Source: Minisyncoccota bacterium
GTDB lineage: Bacteria > Patescibacteriota > Minisyncoccia > Phycocordibacterales > UBA6065
Assembly: GCA_036400935.1 (NCBI GenBank)
Contig: DASWWW010000004.1
Location: forward strand, 7,808 to 71,807
Direction of reading: 5' to 3'
Length of the DNA: 64,000 nucleotides
How positions within the stretch are numbered: the first letter of the stretch is position 1; the number at the start of each line of letters is the position of its first letter. A program made the position numbers and the translations under genes. The notes beneath the pieces were generated by a model. The model had not been told where the DNA came from and made no database searches. It saw only the letters and a program-made list of their open reading frames with translations. Shown here one piece after another: positions 9,301 through 17,278 of the stretch.

Positions 9301-10226
9301 GGAAAAGCATCGGTATCTATTTCGCTTATCGAAACTTTTTCCTTGAGGAAACTCTTTCTTACTAGAATTTCAAGTAAATAAAGCCAGTGAGAAGCGTCGA
9401 TTGCTTTTGCTTCGTCTAGTAATCTCTGATTTTCAGAATAATCACCAGCTATTGCACAAATTTCTGCAAGATAAAGCGGTGCTCGAACATCTTTTGGGTA
9501 TCTTTTATACAAATCCTCATATTTCTTTTTTGCCTCAGGTACTTTCTCAAGACGCTGAAGTGTACGAGCTTCAATTAGCTCAAAATCAAGCAACAACGCT
9601 TCGTCTCCCTGTGAAGAAACAATCTCACGCATAGTATCTAGGGTTTGAGAAACGAAGTTTGCGTGACCTCTGTCTAATTCAGCCTCTAATCCCTTAAGGT
9701 ATTCTCTCGATACTTCAAGTGCTTTTCTCTGGTCAACATCAAATCCTAGAGACACAAGCTGGTCACTATTTAGACCTAAGAGAATTTCCTCAAGCTTTCT
9801 AGGTAAAAGAATACCGAAAGTGATGTCAGGATTTTCGCTTGCTAACTGTGCTCGTGCAGACTCAAGTACGATATCTAGCCCGTTGTTCTTATCGTTAAAG
9901 ACAAAATGGTATTCTTTTATATTTGAAATTTCACTCCAACCACTATTTTTTAGCTTGTTAAAATCATCCACCATCTTTTTGGCGGCTTCCGCACTTTTAT
10001 CAAAAGGGTTCTCTGGTGCATAAATCTGATAGTAAATGCCTTTGCTGGGTATATAGCCATCGTTACCACCATCACCTTTATTTCCGTATGGTCTTACCCT
10101 TTGAAACTCAGGGACAGCTTTTTCCATCACATCAGAAAATAAGCTCTGAAATTCAGAGCCATTCTTCTCGTGCACCTTTTTCCAAAACTGAAGTGACAGA
10201 TACCGCCTGTCCATTTGGCTACTCAT
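6399..10226 (-). CDS. putative defence protein: N-terminal REase-like domain + TPRs + GreA/B-C-like domain + PIN domain
   Basis: GSEFQSLF...GNKGDGGNDGY...YYQIYAP (PD-(D/E)xK-like); long TPR-like helical region; YIGKKVGEKITI (GreA/B C-terminal like); FYLDGTS...DATILAQREGIPVLTED (PIN-like). Confidence 0.7.
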   Translation of the reverse strand: MSSQMDRRYLSLQFWKKVHEKNGSEFQSLFSDVMEKAVPEFQRVRPYGNKGDGGNDGYIPSKGIYYQIYAPENPFDKSAEAAKKMVDDFNKLKNSGWSEISNIKEYHFVFNDKNNGLDIVLESARAQLASENPDITFGILLPRKLEEILLGLNSDQLVSLGFDVDQRKALEVSREYLKGLEAELDRGHANFVSQTLDTMREIVSSQGDEALLLDFELIEARTLQRLEKVPEAKKKYEDLYKRYPKDVRAPLYLAEICAIAGDYSENQRLLDEAKAIDASHWLYLLEILVRKSFLKEKVSISEIDTDAFPADAKIKSDYYRLYGNILKQSEDDVNATAFIERALYFNPEKISNYDAKIAMDINNLISETDEVKRKSKTEEILKEIKATNDKFKASGNIGVRNQVYLNYKQAMLLVQSERLDDFASIVKDTFELILSCHFDNVIDGILTDLLAFAGLPKAGFEKLLTYLDKAERPLSDGFAKRMFLQFLDQGTLETKGKEFYASKKLDNFVALIDDLEEKDYDGFVAKVKDDHQFAVMTCIAINQPDLRKKIIEALPDTGEIHKDRLYLLLEDEAGNADGAFDVLKKMDLSKIGYVDSQKFLGVAKKKEAWDFVLIFGEKILTYEKEADRIVRIKLELFTANFKLGRLPETIKIGEEILGKKEYITLLDENNKAILLCQTVSALLRRNTDEDNKKAKELVETYKNYLSDFESNALLVSEVYLRHNDAKTALEAVVRGATLARRPSPQEYAGLFMVFNTIGNILDIKLVTDGQIEKERFVKFKEEDGWYFVGDGESLDAQPIPSQKQKDYIGKKVGEKITIANAYASDKKEKTIENILPIEKYIMWQTYHHFQKLSLEGMWDAAVSIEVPQTEDGGIDLKNVEALMKAQQERGQEFFNNYCDQNLPFALLVVSEGGFTNAIGRIQNEQRGFIRMSDGTMAEFKSQKDVVTRIIANKEPFYLDGTSAWVLAETGLLRKLHPHLPNIKVPQSVISLLLEIKDKLSYTPGQAGQMFYSKGKIGYSELNPEARDLAGKRISETIALLELNTANIGVISSASKEDVFSEREIPASVTDATILAQREGIPVLTEDFLYLHMNELETKKPKPQYFSSFVLMRVLYEQGRISFQEYLDYFSYLASYRFRFLQFVTQDLEKAVFGDGAITVVQVENLKKLHLPLTLSAEYGVNPDNALKLVFYFILKLLIDDSVPVSVVEKIYTEIMSTYPTDKNRVLLGRALISASVKAINENKTIVVGAHTQEKIDAIARANEKLDPSASLIISS

Positions 10227-10314
10227 AGGGCAATTTTACCATTTTCAGACCACTTTTGATATAATGTGTCTACAAGCACCTCTTCTGTGTAGGCAACACA
10301 GAAACCTCTTCAAA

Positions 10315-10722
10315 ATGCCTAAAACTGCCCTCAGGAAGCCTTACAAGGCTACTCCTGACACAATCAAGATAATTCTCGATGCAATCGCTGAGGGACTTAC
10401 TCAGCGTGATGCCTCAGTCCTTGCTGGAATAAGCGAGGACACCCTTTCACTTTGGAAGCGTCAGAATTCAGAGTTTTCAGAACAAATTAGACAAAAAGAG
10501 ATTGAGTGCAAAAGGAAACATATCAGGAATATTGAAAAGGCTTCAGAGAAAAGCTGGCAAGCTTCAGCGTGGTGGCTAGAACGAAAATACAAGGACGAAT
10601 TCGCCCTCAAAACTACTGGAAATGAAATAAGTGATGAATTGAGAGAGTCTATGCAAAGGGGCAAAGAAATGTTTGATGAAATTTTTGCAAGGAAGCTCGC
10701 AGGAGCGAAGAAAAAGGCTTAA
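10315..10722 (+). CDS. HTH protein resembling phage terminase small subunit
   Basis: ILDAIAEGLTQRDASVLAGISEDTLSLWK HTH plus the WQASAWWLERK motif seen in TerS-like proteins. Confidence 0.6.
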   Translation: MPKTALRKPYKATPDTIKIILDAIAEGLTQRDASVLAGISEDTLSLWKRQNSEFSEQIRQKEIECKRKHIRNIEKASEKSWQASAWWLERKYKDEFALKTTGNEISDELRESMQRGKEMFDEIFARKLAGAKKKA

Positions 10723-10752
10723 TCAGAAGTCGTTTTTGTAGTATAATTTGCC

Positions 10753-10950
10753 TGTTCAACTATAACGGAAGTGACCAGTCAAACAGGTCGCTCTCTTTCT
10801 CCAATCGTAGGCAGAAAGGGGCAGTCCGAGTTCTATGATTGGAGTCCTTCGGGGTTCCGTTATAGTTGAACACCTCGGCTGTCCCTTTCTGCATCAAATT
10901 AATACGCTTTAGGGGTAATCCAGCCCAAGGTATAGAAGTGTTCAACTATG
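10753..10950 (+). ncRNA. cloverleaf antisense-type regulatory RNA leader
   Basis: Perfect 18-bp stem 10753-10770/10855-10872 enclosing three hairpins; loop 10811-10830 is complementary to 10874-10892; TATAAT at 10742. Confidence 0.6.
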
Positions 10951-11148
10951 CCTGAAACAAAAGATGCGCTTAAATTTCTTGCGCTTTTCGGATTACTTTA
11001 TGTAATCACAAAACATACGCCAATAAATGGTTGGCTTTTGTCATTATTCAATGACTCAATAACAGTGTTAGTGATAATTATTTTTGGTTCACTAGTGCTG
11101 ACATTTGGCTTTGAAGTAATAAGACAGTTCTTCAAGTTTTTTAACTGA
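10948..11148 (+). CDS. 66-aa two-TM membrane protein (candidate RNA-regulated toxin)
   Basis: Two hydrophobic segments; start-codon region is complementary to the upstream RNA. Confidence 0.6.
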   Translation: MPETKDALKFLALFGLLYVITKHTPINGWLLSLFNDSITVLVIIIFGSLVLTFGFEVIRQFFKFFN

Positions 11149-11173
11149 CTTTTCAAGTCAAAATGACCCGTGA

Positions 11174-11394
11174 TATAATTCACCTACAATCGAATAAATC
11201 ACTATTGTTAGCCACACCTAGTTTAAGGTCTCAGCTGTACACTTTTGGCGAAAGAGAAAGCCAATTGACTCGGCAAGATTACACGAATTGGGAACGCGAA
11301 ACGGTGGACTCTAAAAGCACAGGAATGTGCTGTCCATTAGTTTCGCGTTTTCTTTTGGGTAGCCCTCCTCTGCATCGATTGGAGACCATCGATG
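11174..11394 (+). promoter_or_regulatory. promoter and structured leader/attenuator of the recombinase operon
   Basis: TATAAT 11174-11179; long stem aacgcgaaac...gtttcgcgtt followed by TTCTTTT; catcgat/atcgatg hairpin around GGAG and the ATG. Confidence 0.5.
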
Positions 11395-11574
11395 ATTTCT
11401 CTAGAGGACTACAAAAAGAAGCTCGGAGACAAAGCAAAGCTCAAGTCCGATGCCGAAATACTCAAGATAATGAAACTGCAAGAGAAACTTGCGGATGCGT
11501 TTTTCGATATGTGGGTCGAAAAAGTAAATAATAAGAAACTTCCGACTAAGAAAAAATATGAGCGTGAAATTTAA
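11392..11574 (+). CDS. small protein upstream of recombinase (possible directionality/accessory factor)
   Basis: 60-aa ORF with GGAG SD; overlaps the recombinase start. Confidence 0.6.
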   Translation: MISLEDYKKKLGDKAKLKSDAEILKIMKLQEKLADAFFDMWVEKVNNKKLPTKKKYEREI

Positions 11575-13270
11575 AAACTGTGTAATAGATTGCCGTATCA
11601 GCTCCACCAAGCAAGCTTCGGGTGGAGGTCTTGATGACCAGCAGGCTGTCTGTACAAATCACGCTAGAAATTATGAGTGGAATGTCATTAAGATTTTCAG
11701 CAAGGTCTATTCAGGTCGAAGTGAAGAAAGGGCTGACTTTGAAGAAATTCTTGAATTTATAAAGGAAAAACAAGGCTCAGACACTCCTATCCATTTTTAT
11801 CTTGTTAAGAGCATTGACCGAATAACTCGTGACGGAGCTGTCACTTTTGAAGAAATGAAAAGTCGCCTAGAGTTTTTGGGCGTTCAACTGGTTGATGCAT
11901 ATGGAATGATACAGCCCGCAAAGAACACCCTTGAGCATCTTGGTTTTGAATACAAATGGAGCAAAAAATCGCCAACTGCTACTGCACAGCTTGTAGAGGC
12001 TCAGAGAGCAAAGGATGAAGTTACAGATATCCTTACTCGAATGGTTGGTGCGGAAATTAGGCTTGTTCAGGAGGGTTACAAAGTTCGTCCACCACACGAC
12101 GGATTTGTAAACGAAGTTATTTATGTAAACGGTCAGAAAAAGACAATCGAGTCACCAGACCCCAAGCGAGCAGATTTCTTTAGACAGATGTTCGAGCTTA
12201 GAGCGTCAGGAAGCTTTAGTGATGCTGAGGTTGTCGAAAAAATAAATGCTCTTGGTTATCTCAGTAAGCCTAGAAGTAGATGGGTGTATAGCAAGGACGG
12301 CAAGAGGAGGAAAATTGGTGAGGTTGCGGGTAAGCCCCTTACTGTTAAACAGCTCCAAAGATTTATCTGTCGAACTATTTACGCAGGTATCAATATTGAA
12401 AAGTGGACACACGGCAAACCTATAAAGCAACAATATGATGGCTTGGTTTCGATTGAGACTTTCAACCTAGCAAACAAGGGCAAGATTTATATTCAAGAGA
12501 ACGAAGACGGTTCTTATCAGATTTTGCATAACCAGAAAGACCCACGGGCAATAATGAAGAGGAATAAATTTAATCCTCTTTTCCAATTCGATAAATTGGT
12601 TCTGTGTCCTAAAGGTTGCTGTAAACCCGCTTTGTCTAGCCAAAGTACTGGAAAGTTGGGTAATAAATATCCTGCCTATCACTGTAATAGAAATCACTAC
12701 TGGAGAGTTTCGAAGTCAGAATTTGAGAAAGAAGTAATGAAGTTTTTGAATAGTGTTCATTTCGATGAGGAATTTCTTGAGGGGTTTGAACTTATATTGC
12801 TAGATAAATATCGAGAGCGAGAAGCTGAAGTGCTTAAGGTTTCTTCCAAAGTAAGTGAAAACATCGCTGACCTAAAGGCTCAACAGGCAAAAGCCATTTC
12901 AGATTTCAGGGGTACAAAAAGCTCTATCATCCGACACAAGCTTGAAGAAGAAATTGAAGACCTTGAGAAGCGAATTAAGTCAGCAAGAGTTGAGAGACAG
13001 AAAGTCGAGCTTCAGGAGACCGATATTAAGTCGTTCATCAATTATGTGAAATTTCTAATGGAACACCCAGTAGAAATGCTTGCAGATAATAGCAATCCTT
13101 ACCGTCAGAAGGCTCTTTGGGGACTATTCTTTGAGGAAACTCCGACCTATGCCGAGATAGTTAATGGAACACCAAAACTGTCGCCTGTTGTAAGGCTTTC
13201 TTCTAAACTAGAGGGTGATAAAACCCAAATTGTGACCCTACGGGGAATCGAACCCCGATTTAAAGCTTGA
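11558..13270 (+). CDS. large serine recombinase (integrase)
   Basis: CRISSTKQ catalytic Ser, SIDRITR, recombinase domain, CPKGC...YHC zinc ribbon, coiled coil; last 12 codons are antisense to tRNA-Glu. Confidence 0.92.
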   Translation: MSVKFKNCVIDCRISSTKQASGGGLDDQQAVCTNHARNYEWNVIKIFSKVYSGRSEERADFEEILEFIKEKQGSDTPIHFYLVKSIDRITRDGAVTFEEMKSRLEFLGVQLVDAYGMIQPAKNTLEHLGFEYKWSKKSPTATAQLVEAQRAKDEVTDILTRMVGAEIRLVQEGYKVRPPHDGFVNEVIYVNGQKKTIESPDPKRADFFRQMFELRASGSFSDAEVVEKINALGYLSKPRSRWVYSKDGKRRKIGEVAGKPLTVKQLQRFICRTIYAGINIEKWTHGKPIKQQYDGLVSIETFNLANKGKIYIQENEDGSYQILHNQKDPRAIMKRNKFNPLFQFDKLVLCPKGCCKPALSSQSTGKLGNKYPAYHCNRNHYWRVSKSEFEKEVMKFLNSVHFDEEFLEGFELILLDKYREREAEVLKVSSKVSENIADLKAQQAKAISDFRGTKSSIIRHKLEEEIEDLEKRIKSARVERQKVELQETDIKSFINYVKFLMEHPVEMLADNSNPYRQKALWGLFFEETPTYAEIVNGTPKLSPVVRLSSKLEGDKTQIVTLRGIEPRFKA

Positions 13271-13304
13271 GAAGCTTCCGTCCTAACCATTAGACGATAG
13301 GGCC
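13233..13304 (-). tRNA. tRNA-Glu (CTC)
   Basis: GGCCCTA/TAGGGTC acceptor stem, anticodon loop TTCTCAA, GGTTCGATTCC T-arm; CCA not encoded. Confidence 0.95.
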
Positions 13305-13400
13305 TTGCGGCTGCGTGCGCTTTTGAGGCGACAAGAGATAAATTACACTAAAAAGCGACGATTGGCAATTTCAAAGCGCCCTGCGTGTTATACTTTCGCC

Positions 13401-14621
13401 ATGAGAAAGACCGTCGGTATCCTCCTTTTCGTACTGCTCCTCCCTGCCTTTATATCGAATGTCGGGATCGGATCAGGAAGCCTCGGGCTCACGCCGGAGC
13501 ATGGCGAGCCGAAGATTTTCGGCCGAATCGCCGAGTCCCGATCAAGCGGGCTCTTTTCGCACGCCATGCTTACAGGCTGGTGCGGCGGCCTCGCCAATCA
13601 GTACGTACAGGCGTTTCAGCTAAAAGCGTTCGGGGATGGAGCCTGTACGGACTATACAACGTACAATTCCCAATCTGGCCTGCAGGCCGCCATATTTTCG
13701 GTTATCATCGCCGCGCACGCTTCGGAATGGCTTCTGCGCCTCATTACCGCGGCTTTTCTTGCCCTAGCGCTTGTCCTTTTCTGCCTTTGGCTTTATGACG
13801 AGTTCGGCTCAACGGTCGCATTCGTCACGGCATTCGGCGTCCTGGCGCTTCGCGGCCTCGTACTTGTCGGCGACAATATCGCGCACGTATTCGGAATCTA
13901 TTTCCTTATCCTTGCCTGCACGTGCTTTGCCTACGAAAAGAAATCCGCGCACATAGGCTCGATCGTATGCTGCCTCATGCTCTTCAAATATCCGCTGACA
14001 GGCTTCGAATACGTTACGGCAGCGTGGATGATGGCTTTCGCCCCGCTCGCCTTTTATGCAGTGCGGGACAAGTTCGAGGCAAAGCAATTCCGGCAGCATG
14101 CCCGCAAGATCGGATCGGCAATTGCCGTCGCGACCTTTGTCGCAATAGCGATTCTCACGGTCCAAATCAGCGTCGTGTCATCGCCCAAAGAGGCCGTCAG
14201 CCACCTGACCGAACGCCTGCAGGCACGCACCCAGTTCCCGACCGAGGGAAACCGCTCCGTCTATTACGAATCCATGAAGATAAGCACTCCCGCCCTTTTA
14301 AAGCAGTATCTCAGCTTTGACGCTATCCGAGTTTCAAACATACGCATATCGTTCGGGATGCTTACGATTTTCTTTGTCCTCATTACTGCCGGCGCTTGCC
14401 TCGTCTACAGAAAAAATCGCGATCGAAAGCTCGTCTCCCTCGCCGTCATGCTCTGGGCGAGCGTTTTGGTGCCGCTCACATGGCCCCTCATGTTCAAGGG
14501 CCATGCCGCCTTCCACACCTTCATCGATCCGGTGATTTGGCACATGCCATTTACGATACTTGGTATCGCCCTTACCGCAGCGACCGTACGAGCGGCACTT
14601 AAATTGCGCGCAAACCCATGA
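13401..14621 (+). CDS. polytopic membrane protein, probable GT-C type glycosyltransferase
   Basis: About 10 TM segments with extracytoplasmic loops; overlaps the start of a GT2 gene. Confidence 0.6.
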   Translation: MRKTVGILLFVLLLPAFISNVGIGSGSLGLTPEHGEPKIFGRIAESRSSGLFSHAMLTGWCGGLANQYVQAFQLKAFGDGACTDYTTYNSQSGLQAAIFSVIIAAHASEWLLRLITAAFLALALVLFCLWLYDEFGSTVAFVTAFGVLALRGLVLVGDNIAHVFGIYFLILACTCFAYEKKSAHIGSIVCCLMLFKYPLTGFEYVTAAWMMAFAPLAFYAVRDKFEAKQFRQHARKIGSAIAVATFVAIAILTVQISVVSSPKEAVSHLTERLQARTQFPTEGNRSVYYESMKISTPALLKQYLSFDAIRVSNIRISFGMLTIFFVLITAGACLVYRKNRDRKLVSLAVMLWASVLVPLTWPLMFKGHAAFHTFIDPVIWHMPFTILGIALTAATVRAALKLRANP

Positions 14622-15340
14622 AGCAGATCTTTATAGGCATATGCGCCCACAATGAGGAGCAAGACCTTGCGCGTACGATTGATTCGATCAGCTCGGCCAT
14701 GCGCGCCACGTCCTACCCGTTCAAGATTCTCGTCCATGATGATGGTTCCACCGACAGCACTCGGGCTATCGCGACGGAAAAAGCCGATTACGTAAGCTTT
14801 ACCGACGACCGCCGCGGGCTCGCCGAGGCGTTCAGGCTAAACCTCGCCGCCTGCCTCGCCCGCGGCGCCGATATATTCGTCCATATCGACGCGGACGGGC
14901 AATATCCGGCAGACAAAATACCGGAGCTCATCAAGGAGGTGGAAAACGGCGCCGATCTCGCCATAGGTAGCAGATTCCTGATAAAGAAAGGCTATAGGAA
15001 TTCATGGCACAAGGCTCTCGGCAATACGCTCTTCTCAAGAGGCTACGCCCTCTTCCTCGGTACCCCTATCACCGACCTCACATCCGGCTTTCGTGCCATG
15101 ACCAAGGAATTCGCCCAAGCAATAACCATCCGCAGCAAATTTACGTACACTTATGACCAGTACATTCAGGCCATTTTAGGCAAATACAAAATAAAGGAGA
15201 TTCCCATCCAAGGATCCCCTACGCGCAAATCGCGCCTCATGAAAAACGGCTGGCATTATATGAGGAGGGCCGCCGCCGATATTTATGCCTACTATCCCGA
15301 GTGGAAAAAGGCGGCGGCCTCCCAAAAGTACCAACCATGA
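14618..15340 (+). CDS. GT2 glycosyltransferase (polyprenyl-phosphate sugar synthase-like)
   Basis: CAHNEE, DDGSTD, IDADGQY, GSRF, DLTSGFRA. Confidence 0.9.
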   Translation: MKQIFIGICAHNEEQDLARTIDSISSAMRATSYPFKILVHDDGSTDSTRAIATEKADYVSFTDDRRGLAEAFRLNLAACLARGADIFVHIDADGQYPADKIPELIKEVENGADLAIGSRFLIKKGYRNSWHKALGNTLFSRGYALFLGTPITDLTSGFRAMTKEFAQAITIRSKFTYTYDQYIQAILGKYKIKEIPIQGSPTRKSRLMKNGWHYMRRAAADIYAYYPEWKKAAASQKYQP

Positions 15341-15357
15341 CCTGCTATACTGACCAC

Positions 15358-15930
15358 ATGAAATCGAGCCTGACAAACATCCTGAAGCTGACCTATTCCT
15401 TCTCGGAAATAAATCGCGACATGTACTATCCCGATCGCGAGAGGCCGGAAAACGACGCCGAGCACGCCTTTCAGCTCTCGACCCTGGCCTGGCATATCAT
15501 CGAGAAGGACAAGCTCGACCTGGACGTCGCGCGCGTCTTGAAGCTCTGCCTCGCCCACGACCTCGTCGAGATCTATGCCGGCGACGTGCCGCTGTGGGCA
15601 AAAGACGGCCACGATGAAAAGGAAGCGCGAGAAAAGCTTGCCCTCAACCGCCTGACCGAAGAGCTCTCAAGCACGAGCGACATGACCGACGCGATCCGCG
15701 AATACAAAAAGAGAGAAACCAAGGAAGCCATATTCGTCTACGGGTTGGACAAGCTCCTGCCCTTCTTAAACCAGCTCCACATCGGCGGCAAGGTATGGAA
15801 ATCGAACAACGTCAGCATGGCGCGTGCCCTCGAGGTCCTCGAGCGCCAATCGAAAATATCGAATCACCTCTCAAAATACTTCGTCGAGGCAATCGACTAT
15901 ATGAAAAGGCACGAGAGCGAGCTTTTCTAG
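15358..15930 (+). CDS. HD-domain hydrolase (YfbR-like)
   Basis: ENDAEH, LAHDLVEIYAGD, DKL. Confidence 0.88.
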   Translation: MKSSLTNILKLTYSFSEINRDMYYPDRERPENDAEHAFQLSTLAWHIIEKDKLDLDVARVLKLCLAHDLVEIYAGDVPLWAKDGHDEKEAREKLALNRLTEELSSTSDMTDAIREYKKRETKEAIFVYGLDKLLPFLNQLHIGGKVWKSNNVSMARALEVLERQSKISNHLSKYFVEAIDYMKRHESELF

Positions 15931-17228
15931 CGAACCGACCACTCCTCCTCTTGGCGGACAAGCAGCTTGCCGGCCTGGGACTGATCCTCGAGCAACGCCT
16001 TTGAAACGCGCTCCATACGCATGGACTGCGAACCCTTCACGAGCACCACATCGCCAGCGCGAACCATATCGGCAAGAGCGGCCGCAGCCTCCTCCGAAGT
16101 TGCGAAAGAATGGATACGATCGGCCGTCATGCCCGCATCGCGAGCACCGAGAGCGATGAACTTAGCAGCCTCGCCTACCGTTACGAGAGTGTGAAGGTGT
16201 TCAAAAGCGAGCTTTCCGATGTTTCGGTGAGCAGATTCGGTATTGTCGCCGAGCTCCTTCATGTCAGCTAATGCGGCCATCTTCCTGCCGCGAATCGAGA
16301 GCCCGCCCAAAGCCTTCAGCGCCTCGGCGCAGGCTATCGGGGAGGAATTGTACGTGTCGTCGATGATCGCGGACTTGAGCGCGCCCGGCAGAATCCTCAT
16401 TCGGCCCTTCGGAGTCTCGAAATCAGCAAAAGCCCCGGCAACCTCCTTCTGAATGCCGAGAACCGACGCGACGGCCGAGGCGGCCGCTACGGAATACATG
16501 AGATGCGACCCAAGAACGCCCCTGATCACGACATTCTCGCCGCCGATCTTCGCCCCTTGGCCAGTCGGCAGGGGTAGCGCTCCCTGGCCATATTCGATGT
16601 GGGTATCGGCGATGACCGTATTCGCCCGCGAGTCCTGGCCGTACGTCACGACCCGCAGAGTACCGCCCTTCGTCGCATTCAGATCCGCAACCGCCTTCAT
16701 AAATAGCGGGTCATCGGCGTTCACGACGAGAGCGCCGTCAGGCCTAAGCGCCTGCGCCAAGAACATCTTCTCGCGCAGAACGTCGGCAGCATCCTTGAAG
16801 AACTGAACGTGAACGGGAACGTCCGACATGCGGGTCAATACGACGATCTCCGGCGAGAGCCATTTCGCGACTGACTCGATATCACCCGGATGATCCGCGC
16901 CCACCTCGAGTACGAGCCATTCGGGATAATTCTTTCTAAAAAGCGCCACGACAAAGCCCTTCCAGAGGTTTTTCGCCCAGCCGCCCGCCGAAGACCAGGC
17001 GGTATCGAGGCCCAGGATGGTCAGAGGCAGGCCGAACTCGCTATTCATGCTCTTCTGGCTCTTGCGCGCATTGAAAGATCGCGACACGACGGCATAGATG
17101 GCGTCTTTGGTTGAGGTCTTGCCCACGTTGCCCGTAACGGCTATTACCTTCGGCTTATGCACACCCAAAGCGACCTTGGCTTCCCAGGTCAGTATCGCGA
17201 CGACAATTTTCTTGAAAATATTTTTCAC
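15927..17228 (-). CDS. murF: UDP-MurNAc-tripeptide--D-Ala-D-Ala ligase
   Basis: VTGNVGKTSTK P-loop, DDTYNSSP, DMKELG, LVKGSQSMRME. Confidence 0.9.
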   Translation of the reverse strand: MKNIFKKIVVAILTWEAKVALGVHKPKVIAVTGNVGKTSTKDAIYAVVSRSFNARKSQKSMNSEFGLPLTILGLDTAWSSAGGWAKNLWKGFVVALFRKNYPEWLVLEVGADHPGDIESVAKWLSPEIVVLTRMSDVPVHVQFFKDAADVLREKMFLAQALRPDGALVVNADDPLFMKAVADLNATKGGTLRVVTYGQDSRANTVIADTHIEYGQGALPLPTGQGAKIGGENVVIRGVLGSHLMYSVAAASAVASVLGIQKEVAGAFADFETPKGRMRILPGALKSAIIDDTYNSSPIACAEALKALGGLSIRGRKMAALADMKELGDNTESAHRNIGKLAFEHLHTLVTVGEAAKFIALGARDAGMTADRIHSFATSEEAAAALADMVRAGDVVLVKGSQSMRMERVSKALLEDQSQAGKLLVRQEEEWSVR

Positions 17229-17278
17229 AGATGCTGCAGATGAGCTAATACTACCGACTAACGTCCCAAAAGCAATCG

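Larger units (their letters stand above)
6226..13235. mobile_element. ~7-kb integrative element at the 3' end of tRNA-Glu
   Basis: Abrupt AT-rich segment; large serine recombinase overlapping the tRNA; TGTGA core at 6226-6230 and 13231-13235 in homologous context. Confidence 0.75.
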
